A DNA stretch of 60,684 bases, filler included. It is 7 parts of 7 records of this genome, joined end to end, with 100 filler letters (N's around TTAATTAATTAA, not from the genome) between each part and the next. Parts side by side here need not be neighbours in the genome. Positions count along the whole stretch, not along the records: positions 1 to 19,986 come from SRR31156797_49175; positions 20,087 to 27,188 come from SRR31156797_49260; 5 more parts are not named here. One strand, 5' to 3'. The notes below the pieces were generated by a model. That model was given only the letters and a program-made list of their open reading frames with translations. It had not been told where the DNA came from and ran no database searches. The position numbers and the translations under genes are program-made. Every line of letters begins with the position of its first letter. Positions within the stretch are counted from its first letter, which is position 1. Positions 18,555 to 27,288 of the stretch are shown here, one piece after another.

Positions 18555-19937
18555 ATGGGTATTGCTGTTATGAAAAAACTGAAGATAGTTCTGATAGGAG
18601 CGGGAAGCCGTGAGTTCAGCCGCGGACTGGTCAACGACCTGATACTGGAAAAAGATCTGTGGCAGCAGCGGGATGTCGAACTATTGCTGTGCGACATCGA
18701 TGAAGAGGCTCTGGATGTTATGGAATCCTATGCGCGGCGCGCCGTCGAGGCATCGGGGGCCGTGGTGAGCATCCGGAAATCCGTCGATCGCAGGGAAGTT
18801 CTGCCCGGAGCGGATTTCGTCCTCCTCGCCGTTGAGCTGAAGAGGATGGAGCTCTGGGAGCAGGATTACCGCGTTCCCCTCGGCCTGGGGATGAAGCATA
18901 TTTACGGTGAGAACGGCGGGCCGGGGGCCCTCTTCCACACCCTGAGGAATTATGAGAATATCTTTCCCATACTCAGGGATATTGAGTCTCTCTGCCCCGA
19001 TGCCTATCTGATCAATTTCACCAATCCCGAGGCCCGCATATTAACGGCCGTCCTCAAGTCTACCAAGATACGGGCCATAGGCCTTTGTCATGGGTTTTAC
19101 GATTTCTACAACCTGGTGGCGAAGGCCCTCGGGAGAGATTACCATGAGCTGGATATCAGAACGGCGGGTATGAACCACTTCTTCACGTACTACAGGATTG
19201 CCGACAGATCCACCGGTGAGGATCTTATCCCCTTGTTTGAACAGACCATCAGAGAGGATCCGGAGATTCTGCCTCCCCTGGCCAGGTATTTCTGGGAGAC
19301 CTTCGGAGCTCTGGGAATCGACTCTGACCATCATATGGGCGAGTACGTCGGCTTCGCGGAGGATAAATTCGATGCCCTTTGGGAGTTCGGTTTCGATAAG
19401 AACCGGGTCCTTCCCGGGGGAGAGGTGGACTCCTACCTCTCCTTCCAGGCCTGGCGCTACCATATGGATGTCCGGGATTATGTCAAGGATCTGCCCGGCG
19501 GACACATCGACGATCTGGTGGAGGGCCGCTGCCGGATAGAAAGAGGGGACATCCAGTCCTCAGGGGAGCTGGCCATTCCCGTCATTGCCGATATCATCCT
19601 GGACAGGGACAACTGGAGACCGGCCGTCAATGTTCTGAACACTGGGGGCTATATCCCCAATCTTGCCGAGGACAGCTGCATCGAGGTTCCGGCCCGCTTC
19701 AATGGGGAGGGGATCTTTCCCGAAACCGTGCCGGCTCTGGAGGAGGGTTTCGCCGCCCAGATACGGCTGCAGCATTCCATCCAGAAGATACTCCTGGAGG
19801 CCTGGGAGAAGAAATCAAGGAAGCTGCTGCTCCAGGCTCTCCTGCTGGATCCGGTCGTCAGATCCTGCGGTAAGGCGGAGAAGCTGCTGGACATCATGTT
19901 TGATCTGCAAAGGGATTATCTTCCCGAGTTCAGGTGA
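18555..19937 (+). CDS. Glycoside hydrolase family 4 (NAD+/Mn2+-dependent, alpha-galactosidase-like)
   Basis: KIVLIGAGS, GENGGPG, INFTNP, GLCHG, AGMNH, QALLLDP. Confidence 0.92.
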   Translation: MGIAVMKKLKIVLIGAGSREFSRGLVNDLILEKDLWQQRDVELLLCDIDEEALDVMESYARRAVEASGAVVSIRKSVDRREVLPGADFVLLAVELKRMELWEQDYRVPLGLGMKHIYGENGGPGALFHTLRNYENIFPILRDIESLCPDAYLINFTNPEARILTAVLKSTKIRAIGLCHGFYDFYNLVAKALGRDYHELDIRTAGMNHFFTYYRIADRSTGEDLIPLFEQTIREDPEILPPLARYFWETFGALGIDSDHHMGEYVGFAEDKFDALWEFGFDKNRVLPGGEVDSYLSFQAWRYHMDVRDYVKDLPGGHIDDLVEGRCRIERGDIQSSGELAIPVIADIILDRDNWRPAVNVLNTGGYIPNLAEDSCIEVPARFNGEGIFPETVPALEEGFAAQIRLQHSIQKILLEAWEKKSRKLLLQALLLDPVVRSCGKAEKLLDIMFDLQRDYLPEFR

Positions 19938-19986
19938 TCTCCCTATGCTCTACAGCTCCCGGAGCAGGTAGTCCCGGCTCTCCTTG

Positions 19987-20086
19987 NNNNNNNNNNNNNN
20001 NNNNNNNNNNNNNNNNNNNNNNNNNNNNNNTTAATTAATTAANNNNNNNNNNNNNNNNNNNNNNNNNNNNNNNNNNNNNNNNNNNN
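19987..20086. other. Artificial contig spacer
   Basis: N44-TTAATTAATTAA-N44; stops in all six frames; identical at all six junctions. Confidence 0.99.
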
Positions 20087-20342
20087 CCATCTTAGGTTTT
20101 GTGCAACGGATTTTCTGATGGAACAAATCTTAGTCTTTTTATATTTGAAAACTCAAGCGTTTTTTTAGAATAACCTGAAATAAAAATGGTGAGAAAATAT
20201 TTGACAAGGAGGAACGCCGTCTCTCCCGCAGATCAGCCCAGTTCTCCCCGGTACCAGCGGCCGTTTTCCTCCTCCGTCAACGCGCCCATGCCGTAGAAAA
20301 GGTGGATCATGCCGGGGTAGCAGGAATAGCACCAGGGGACGA

Positions 20343-20366
20343 GGGGTCAAGTCTACGTTTGACCCC
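20343..20366. repeat. REP-like palindrome
   Basis: GGGGTCAA-GTCTACGT-TTGACCCC 8-bp perfect stem downstream of parC. Confidence 0.5.
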
Positions 20367-20443
20367 CTTTACGTCCAATAAAGTTGGACTTTGAAACACC
20401 GGCGATCCGAACCTCGTAAAAGCGGGACCCACCCCGGGCGGTT

Positions 20444-22345
20444 TCAGGTGAGCCGCACGGACTTCACTTCCTTGATGGAAAGGCGTACCCCCCGGGCCTT
20501 GGCCCCTTTTACGGCATATTCAGCGATCTTGAAGGTTTCCTGAAGGATGCGCATGCGGGGCTTCGGCTTGTAAGTGAGGATCAACTCTCCCTCTTCACGG
20601 GTCGTCAATTTCAAGAGGGTGCATGCGTCGGGCACCAGGGAATACCCTTTGTTGAGGATGAACTTTTCCACCCGACACCGTTTCATGTGAACCAGTCCGT
20701 CCCCATTTCGGTAGATCACCGTGAAAACGGTGCCGGTGCAGGTGGCGGGATCCGCAAACCCGCAGTAGCGCATCCCTTTGTCCACGAAAACCTTGTGGGG
20801 TACATCCATCACCGAGTAGGTGCCGTTCTTCCGGATCACCAATATCCGGTCGTAAGTTGAGACGTCAAAAAGGGTGTTTCCACCCGCTTCATGGCCCAGA
20901 TATCCGGTCTTCGGGTCATAACGGAGTTTAAGGTTTCTTTGGGCCGCTTCGCGCACATCCACCTGATCAAAGGAGATGAGCTCGGTCCGTCGCGGATGGG
21001 AATTTCGGTGTTTTGAAATAATATGCTCTTCCAGGAAGGAAACGGCATATTGGGTGATGTGGGAAAGATGGTGCGAAATCTCCTTGAGCCGCTTTTGAAT
21101 CTCTTGCATCTCCTTTTTAACTTTGTGAATATCATAAAGAGAGATCCGTCGAATCGGTATCTTCAGGAGCCTCTCCACGTCCTCCCGGGTGACTTGGCGC
21201 TGGATGATTTCCGAAAAAGGGATGAACCCATGAAGCACGGCTTTAAAGACCCTCTCCCGGGTGGTCATCTCTTCGATTTTTTTATAAATGCGCTCCTCGA
21301 TGAAGATCTGTTCAATGGTTCGTGCGTGCAATCGATCCCTGAGATGACGCTGTTCCAGTTTGAGTTCGGCCGTTAAGATCTCCACCAGTTTTCCGGCATG
21401 GTGATGAATGACTTCGGTCAGGGTCATGAGTTCCGGAATCCCTTCCCGGATGACCAGGAGATTGACGGAAATGGCGGTTTCGCAATCCGTGAAGGCATAG
21501 AGTGCATCCACCGTATCTTTTGCGTACACCCCCCGGGAAAGTTTGATTTCGATTTCAACCGCTTCGCCGGTGTAATCCTCCACATTGGAAACTTTAATCT
21601 TGTTTTTCTTTGCCGCCGCCTCGATGGAATGGATCAGGCTTTCGGTGGTGGCGCCGAAAGGGAGTTCCCGAACCACGATTTTCTTGGGATCTTGGATATC
21701 GAGCCTGGCCCGGACCAGGACCTTCCCCCTGCCGTCGTCATATCCGCTGACATCGGCCAGGCCCCCGGTCAAAAAATCAGGGAGAAGGCGGAACGGTTCC
21801 CCCTTAAGGGAGGCGATGACCGCTTCAGCCACCTCCATGAGGTTGTGGGGAAGGATTTTAGTGGCCATGCCCACGGCGATCCCTTCGGCCCCCTGGACCA
21901 ACAGCACGGGGATTTTGGCCGGGAAGACCATCGGTTCCCGGTTTCGTCCGTCGTAGGAATCCTCGTATTGGGTGATTTCCGGGTTGTGAAGGACTTTCTT
22001 TGCAATGGGCAGAAGACGGCATTCGATGTACCGGGCCGCGGAGGGTGCGTCTCCGGTGAAAATATTGCCGAAATTGCCTTGCTTTTCAATGAAGAGCTCT
22101 TTGTTGGCCAGTGCCACCAGTGCGGAATAGATGGAAGCATCGCCGTGTGGATGGTATTTCATGCAGTTCCCCACCACGTTGGCCACCTTATGGAACTTCC
22201 CGTCATCCATTTCAAAGAGGGAATGGAGTATTCGCCGTTGGACCGGCTTCAGCCCATCGTCAAGGTGGGGGATGGCTCGATCCTTAATCACATAGGATGC
22301 ATATTCCAGATAATTGCTGTTGAAAACCTGTTTGGCATAGGCCAT
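20444..22345 (-). CDS. parC: DNA topoisomerase IV subunit A (short type)
   Basis: RAIPHLDDGLKPVQRRIL, YHPHGD, AARY catalytic Tyr; 633 aa with short CTD and no GyrA box. Confidence 0.92.
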   Translation of the reverse strand: MAYAKQVFNSNYLEYASYVIKDRAIPHLDDGLKPVQRRILHSLFEMDDGKFHKVANVVGNCMKYHPHGDASIYSALVALANKELFIEKQGNFGNIFTGDAPSAARYIECRLLPIAKKVLHNPEITQYEDSYDGRNREPMVFPAKIPVLLVQGAEGIAVGMATKILPHNLMEVAEAVIASLKGEPFRLLPDFLTGGLADVSGYDDGRGKVLVRARLDIQDPKKIVVRELPFGATTESLIHSIEAAAKKNKIKVSNVEDYTGEAVEIEIKLSRGVYAKDTVDALYAFTDCETAISVNLLVIREGIPELMTLTEVIHHHAGKLVEILTAELKLEQRHLRDRLHARTIEQIFIEERIYKKIEEMTTRERVFKAVLHGFIPFSEIIQRQVTREDVERLLKIPIRRISLYDIHKVKKEMQEIQKRLKEISHHLSHITQYAVSFLEEHIISKHRNSHPRRTELISFDQVDVREAAQRNLKLRYDPKTGYLGHEAGGNTLFDVSTYDRILVIRKNGTYSVMDVPHKVFVDKGMRYCGFADPATCTGTVFTVIYRNGDGLVHMKRCRVEKFILNKGYSLVPDACTLLKLTTREEGELILTYKPKPRMRILQETFKIAEYAVKGAKARGVRLSIKEVKSVRLT

Positions 22346-24165
22346 CAGATGAGATTCTCCATGATGAAATTCCTTCGTTCGGGAGTGTTTTTTCCCATGT
22401 AAAAGCTGAGGATCTCGGACACTCTTTTGAGGGACCTGAGACTGATGGGGATTAACCGGATGTCTTCCCCCATAAACTGTCCGAATTCCTTGGGCGAAAT
22501 TTCGCCCAATCCCTTGAAGCGGGTGATTTCGCCGTTTTTGATCCGTTTCACGGCCGCGTTCCGTTCTTTTTCATCATAGCAGTACCGGATTTCGGTTTTG
22601 TTTCGAACCCGGAACAGCGGCGTTTCCAGAATGTAAATCCGATTGGCAAATACCAGTTCTTCAAAATAATTGAGAAAAAAGGTGAGCAAGAGATTTCGGA
22701 TATGGAACCCGTCGTGGTCGGCGTCCGTGGCGATGACGATTTTGCCGTAACGGAGATTTTCGATGTGGTCCTCGATGCCCAGGGCCATCATCATGTTGTA
22801 CAGTTCTTCGTTTTTGTAAATGGCGGCCTTGTTTTTGCCGAACACATTTTGGGGTTTTCCCCGCAAGGAGAAGATGGCCTGGGTATACACGTCACGGCAG
22901 GAGACCATGGAACCCGATGCGGACTGCCCTTCGGTGATAAACACCATGGAAGCGGCCCCTTTGGGACCGTCTTGAAGATGGTATTTGCAGTCCTTCAGGT
23001 TGTGGATTTTGATGGCGATCTTTTTGGCGGCCGCTTTTGCCTCTTTTTTCACCGTGTTTAATTCCTTCCGCAACTGTTCATTATGGTGGATTTTTTCCTC
23101 CAGTTTCTCCGCGACCGCACTGTTTTTGTGCAGATAATCCACCACCGCGGACCGTACCCTGGCGGCCACCCGGCTTCGGACTTCGGTGTTGCCCAGTTTG
23201 TTCTTGGTTTGGCTTTCAAAGACGGGGGACTTGACCCGCACGGCCACGGCGCCCACAATCCCCTCACGGACGTCCATCCCCGAATGGCTCTTTTTAAAAA
23301 ACTCGTTGACCCCTTTTAGAACGCCTTCCCGAAAGCCTGTCTGATGGGTTCCGCCATCGGAAGTATTCTGCCCGTTGACAAAGGAAAAATAGGCTTCTCC
23401 ATAGTTGGCCGTGTGGGTAAAACAGAACTCCAGGAAGGGTTCTTTGTGGTAAACCATATCATATACCGTCTCTTCCCCCACCTCCGCGGATAAAAGATCC
23501 AGCAGCCCCTTTCTGGACTCGTATTTCCGCCCGTTGAATACAAGCCGCAATCCGGCGTTCAAGTAGGCGTAGTTCCAGACGCGTTGCTCCACATATTCCA
23601 GGTTGAAGGCATAATCCCCGAAAATCTCGGTGTCCGGGTGAAACTCCACATAAGTGCCGTCCGGTTCTTTGGAATGGTTCCCCCGATTTTTGGAAAGAAG
23701 GTTCCCCTGTTGGAACACGGCCTCGCTGGTTTTTCCGTCGCGATAGGCCACCACCCGGAAGTGGGATGACAGGGCATTCACCGCCTTGGTCCCGATGCCG
23801 TTGAGGCCTACGCTGAACTGGAAAACATCATCATTGTACTTTGCACCGGTGTTGATGACGGATACGCACTCAATGACCTTTCCCAGGGGGATTCCGCGGC
23901 CATAGTCGCGAACGGATATGAAATCATCCTTTATGGTGATGACAATCCTCTTGCCCTGCCCCATGATAAATTCATCGACGGCATTGTCCACCACCTCTTT
24001 CAGCAGGATATAAATGCCGTCATCAGGGGTGGAGCCGTCTCCAAGCCGCCCGATGTACATGCCGGTACGCAGCCTGATATGCGCCAGGGAACTGAGGGTT
24101 TTTATTTTGCTCTCATCATATACATGGGAGTCCGTAATGCTGTTCATGCCGCCTCTTTTCGCCAT
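22345..24165 (-). CDS. parE: DNA topoisomerase IV subunit B
   Basis: EVVDNAVDE, DYGRGIP, GLNGIG, FESQTK, TEGQSA, ATDADHDG (TOPRIM), RFKGLGE. Confidence 0.93.
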   Translation of the reverse strand: MAKRGGMNSITDSHVYDESKIKTLSSLAHIRLRTGMYIGRLGDGSTPDDGIYILLKEVVDNAVDEFIMGQGKRIVITIKDDFISVRDYGRGIPLGKVIECVSVINTGAKYNDDVFQFSVGLNGIGTKAVNALSSHFRVVAYRDGKTSEAVFQQGNLLSKNRGNHSKEPDGTYVEFHPDTEIFGDYAFNLEYVEQRVWNYAYLNAGLRLVFNGRKYESRKGLLDLLSAEVGEETVYDMVYHKEPFLEFCFTHTANYGEAYFSFVNGQNTSDGGTHQTGFREGVLKGVNEFFKKSHSGMDVREGIVGAVAVRVKSPVFESQTKNKLGNTEVRSRVAARVRSAVVDYLHKNSAVAEKLEEKIHHNEQLRKELNTVKKEAKAAAKKIAIKIHNLKDCKYHLQDGPKGAASMVFITEGQSASGSMVSCRDVYTQAIFSLRGKPQNVFGKNKAAIYKNEELYNMMMALGIEDHIENLRYGKIVIATDADHDGFHIRNLLLTFFLNYFEELVFANRIYILETPLFRVRNKTEIRYCYDEKERNAAVKRIKNGEITRFKGLGEISPKEFGQFMGEDIRLIPISLRSLKRVSEILSFYMGKNTPERRNFIMENLI

Positions 24166-24493
24166 ATGAATCTATCCGCTTACAGGGCAAACCCATTGCC
24201 TCGAGAGACAATGGGAGAATGGAAACCCTATATGGGGTGTCCCGTACCGGGACAAGGATTTATCATGGGGCCAAACTAAGACAGAACATGCTGTTGGGTC
24301 AACCCCAAAAAAGCTGCAAAATAGGGGTCCCTGTCCCGCGGGATGATACGGATTTTAAGATAAGAAATTTGGGGACGCTGATTTTCGGAGACGCGCACGT
24401 AACACCCCGAATAAGCGGTTTTATCCCCTTCATTTGGCTTGTTGAAAATAGGGGTTGTTTATAAATCCGGAAATTTTGATTTGATATAAAAGA

Positions 24494-24868
24494 TTAGGTT
24501 TTCAACTCTTTTATAATTCTTTGAATAGTATCCAAAAGTACAGGGATTTTTCTTTTGCATGTGAAAAACACTGTTTCAGCATTAATATTGGCATAGTGAT
24601 GTACAATAATATCCCTCATTCCTTTTGCTTTTTTCCAGTCAACCTCTGGATAGCGCGGCAGCAGTTTTTCTTCCGTAACTTTATCAAGATTTTTTAAAGA
24701 CTCCCCAATAACGATGAGCATCATGCAGATGGCATCCATTTTTTCCATCCCGGAAGCAGAATCAGTAAAATCGTTTGGATTATTGATCACCTGAAATCGC
24801 TGAACAACTTTTTTGGTAGCATCTTCGATTTGGTGAAGAATTTCCAATATCAGTTCAGTATCAGGCAT
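24494..24868 (-). CDS. hepT: HepT-like HEPN RNase toxin (DUF86)
   Basis: RDIIVHHY = RX4HXY motif; IGESLK; start overlaps MNT stop. Confidence 0.88.
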   Translation of the reverse strand: MPDTELILEILHQIEDATKKVVQRFQVINNPNDFTDSASGMEKMDAICMMLIVIGESLKNLDKVTEEKLLPRYPEVDWKKAKGMRDIIVHHYANINAETVFFTCKRKIPVLLDTIQRIIKELKT

Positions 24869-25151
24869 ATACGGCCTCATGGTCTATCCTGTTTTTTAAA
24901 AAAGGGTTCATTGAGTCTGTGTAAGTTACAATATCAATAGATTTGTTAAGTCTTTTTTCCAAATCTTCTTTTATTCCCGCAAGCATGAAAAAATCGGGTT
25001 CAGAAATACGGACCACTATGTCGACATCACTCTCATCTCCTGATTCCCCACGAGCAACGGAACCAAAAACGCCAATGGTCAGGATATTATATTGATTAGC
25101 AACTTCATTTTTATAGTTACGTAAAATTTCTATGATATCTTTTTTGCCCAT
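24861..25151 (-). CDS. mntA: MntA-like minimal nucleotidyltransferase antitoxin
   Basis: 96 aa; FGSVARGE...SDVDI = GSX10DXD motif; directly upstream of HEPN. Confidence 0.9.
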   Translation of the reverse strand: MGKKDIIEILRNYKNEVANQYNILTIGVFGSVARGESGDESDVDIVVRISEPDFFMLAGIKEDLEKRLNKSIDIVTYTDSMNPFLKNRIDHEAVYA

Positions 25152-25369
25152 AATTTTCTCTCGCAGACTTTAATCTATAAAAGCTCTTAATGCATTTTAT
25201 GACTAAACATATCATGGTTAAAGTAAGATCTCAATTGTATCATTTTAAATACGATCACACAATCTCGGCGCAGCCGCTGTGAACTTTGAACATCACCGGT
25301 GAAATCCGGTGCTTGTTCGTTATTAGAATTTTTACAAACTAAGAGTCATCGGCATAATGCCCCCTCCCC

Positions 25370-27079
25370 TCACCGGGGGTTGGGGCGAATCGCGGCAGGT
25401 AGAAAACTACCGTCGTTCTTGCCCACTTCCTTGGCCATGAGTTCGTTCAGCAAAGCGTTCATGCGCAGGATGAGATCCTTGTTCTTTTGCGGATCAAGGG
25501 CGAGATTGCGCGTCTCGTTCGGGTCGTTCTTCAGGTCAAAAAGCTGAACGTCGTTGTCGCGCAGAATTTGATCGAGCGTTACCGGCGTATTGAAGTTGGA
25601 AGGCGCGTAATAACGCGCGAACTTGTACTGGCCGTCAAAAACAAAACTAAGGAAACCGCGTTTATGGAGTTTGGATTGAAGTTCGGTCACCGGCGGCGTC
25701 GGTTTACCCTGGAGCACTGCCGTCATAGCCGACAAGAGATAGCCTGAATCAATGGTCATGGGGCCGACGTAGTTGAACAGGACGCCGGGGCGCACCGCTT
25801 GCGGGGATGCGGTCTCGGCTGTTGCCAGGACGCCGGAAAAATCGCGGCCGGGCAAATCCTTCACGGCCTCGCGTCGCTGTGCCTCGGGCACCCCCGCCAG
25901 TCCGGGCAGGGTTGGCATCAGGTCCAGGAGGCTCGTGAGAACGGCGGACGATTTGCCACGGGGATAGTTGGGGTGGGCAATAATCAACGGTACATGGGCA
26001 TTTCCTTCATAGGCGAAGGGTCCCTTGCCCCGGAGGCCACCGTGGTCGCCTGCCATTTCGCCGTGGTCGGCGGTGAAGATCACGACCGTATTCGCCCAGA
26101 GATCCAGTTGGTCCATGCCATCCCACAGTAGTTGCAGGCTGGCATCCGTGTCACGGATCGCATTCAGGTAGTAGTCATTGAACACCCGCCACATGTCCGT
26201 GCGGTTCGCCGGAATGGAGCCTAAGGCCCCGGACCAGCCGAGATGGTATTCCGTCAGCGCCGCGGGCATTCCCGGGGCCGACAGCGATTCTTGCAGCGTC
26301 GGCGAAGGAGCGGTGTCCCAGCGCTTGCCATACAGCGAATTCTTGGGAGCGGTAAGCACGCCGTTCACGACGGCCTTTTGCACTTGGGGCGTCCCCGGAA
26401 CATTGGTGTCCGCATACATGATGTCGTGGGGGTTGACGAAACTCACGACCATGAAGAACGGTTGCCCGGATTTGCGCAGCTCCGGCACATTTTCCCGCAG
26501 CCAGCGGACGCTTTCCGCCGCGGTGTAAGCGTCGGTATTATAGCCCTGGTTGGGCATGCCGGTTTTGTCGCCGTCTGGCTGGTACACGTCGAAACCGTAG
26601 GGCTGGAGCGCTTTGCTGGTGTTGGCGGACGCCTTGGCATGGAGCAGGTCGAGATCCATCTCCCATTTGCCGTAGAATGCCGTCCGGTAGCCGAGCTTCT
26701 TCATCATGGAACCCATGTTGGGTCGGTCTTTTCGCAAGCTCACCGCATAGGCCATCTCTGCCTGGTCGAAGAGCCCGTTGACCTGTGGCGGTGTCCCGCT
26801 CCAGAGCGCCGCACGGGAGGGCGTACACATGGCCGAGGCGATATAGTTGTTGCGAAAGCTGATCCCTTGTTGCGCTAAACGATCGAGGGCCGGCGTGTTG
26901 TAACCCGCGGCGGCCGGCAAGTCATGACGCATTTGATCGCGCAGTACCAGAATGACGTTCAGGGGGCGGCTCCGTGGCGGAGTCATCGCCGGGACTTGTG
27001 CGTACGCGATCGCGCTCGTGAGCGCAACCGCAGCCGCCAGTAATGACAAAGCGTAGTGGACAAGTCTGTTTGGCTTCAT
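25370..27079 (-). CDS. Secreted sulfatase (Cys-type, formylglycine-dependent)
   Basis: Signal peptide; CTPSRAALWSG = CxPxR; YGKW, NPHD, FTADHG, GKG, LFDLKNDPNE. Confidence 0.92.
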   Translation of the reverse strand: MKPNRLVHYALSLLAAAVALTSAIAYAQVPAMTPPRSRPLNVILVLRDQMRHDLPAAAGYNTPALDRLAQQGISFRNNYIASAMCTPSRAALWSGTPPQVNGLFDQAEMAYAVSLRKDRPNMGSMMKKLGYRTAFYGKWEMDLDLLHAKASANTSKALQPYGFDVYQPDGDKTGMPNQGYNTDAYTAAESVRWLRENVPELRKSGQPFFMVVSFVNPHDIMYADTNVPGTPQVQKAVVNGVLTAPKNSLYGKRWDTAPSPTLQESLSAPGMPAALTEYHLGWSGALGSIPANRTDMWRVFNDYYLNAIRDTDASLQLLWDGMDQLDLWANTVVIFTADHGEMAGDHGGLRGKGPFAYEGNAHVPLIIAHPNYPRGKSSAVLTSLLDLMPTLPGLAGVPEAQRREAVKDLPGRDFSGVLATAETASPQAVRPGVLFNYVGPMTIDSGYLLSAMTAVLQGKPTPPVTELQSKLHKRGFLSFVFDGQYKFARYYAPSNFNTPVTLDQILRDNDVQLFDLKNDPNETRNLALDPQKNKDLILRMNALLNELMAKEVGKNDGSFLPAAIRPNPR

Positions 27080-27188
27080 GTCATTCCTCCTCGGTTGGTA
27101 GTTTCGTTTGATCGTGAATGTGGATTTAGGAGATCGGCCAGTGTGGCCTGGGGTCGGGCCAAGCCAAACTATTGATATTTAACTAATA

Positions 27189-27288
27189 NNNNNNNNNNNN
27201 NNNNNNNNNNNNNNNNNNNNNNNNNNNNNNNNTTAATTAATTAANNNNNNNNNNNNNNNNNNNNNNNNNNNNNNNNNNNNNNNNNNNN
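27189..27288. other. Artificial contig spacer
   Basis: N44-TTAATTAATTAA-N44. Confidence 0.99.

Noticed and set aside
19950..19986. Minus-strand fragment KESRDYLLREL* at contig end
   Set aside because: Probably a gene tail, but too short to assign.
20031..20042. TTAATTAATTAA repeated six times as a possible biological repeat or CRISPR
   Set aside because: Always embedded in N-runs at fixed length; a synthetic all-frame stop linker.
24494..25151. HEPN + nucleotidyltransferase as a novel defence system
   Set aside because: Matches the well-known type VII HepT/MntA TA motifs; only its boundaries are of interest.
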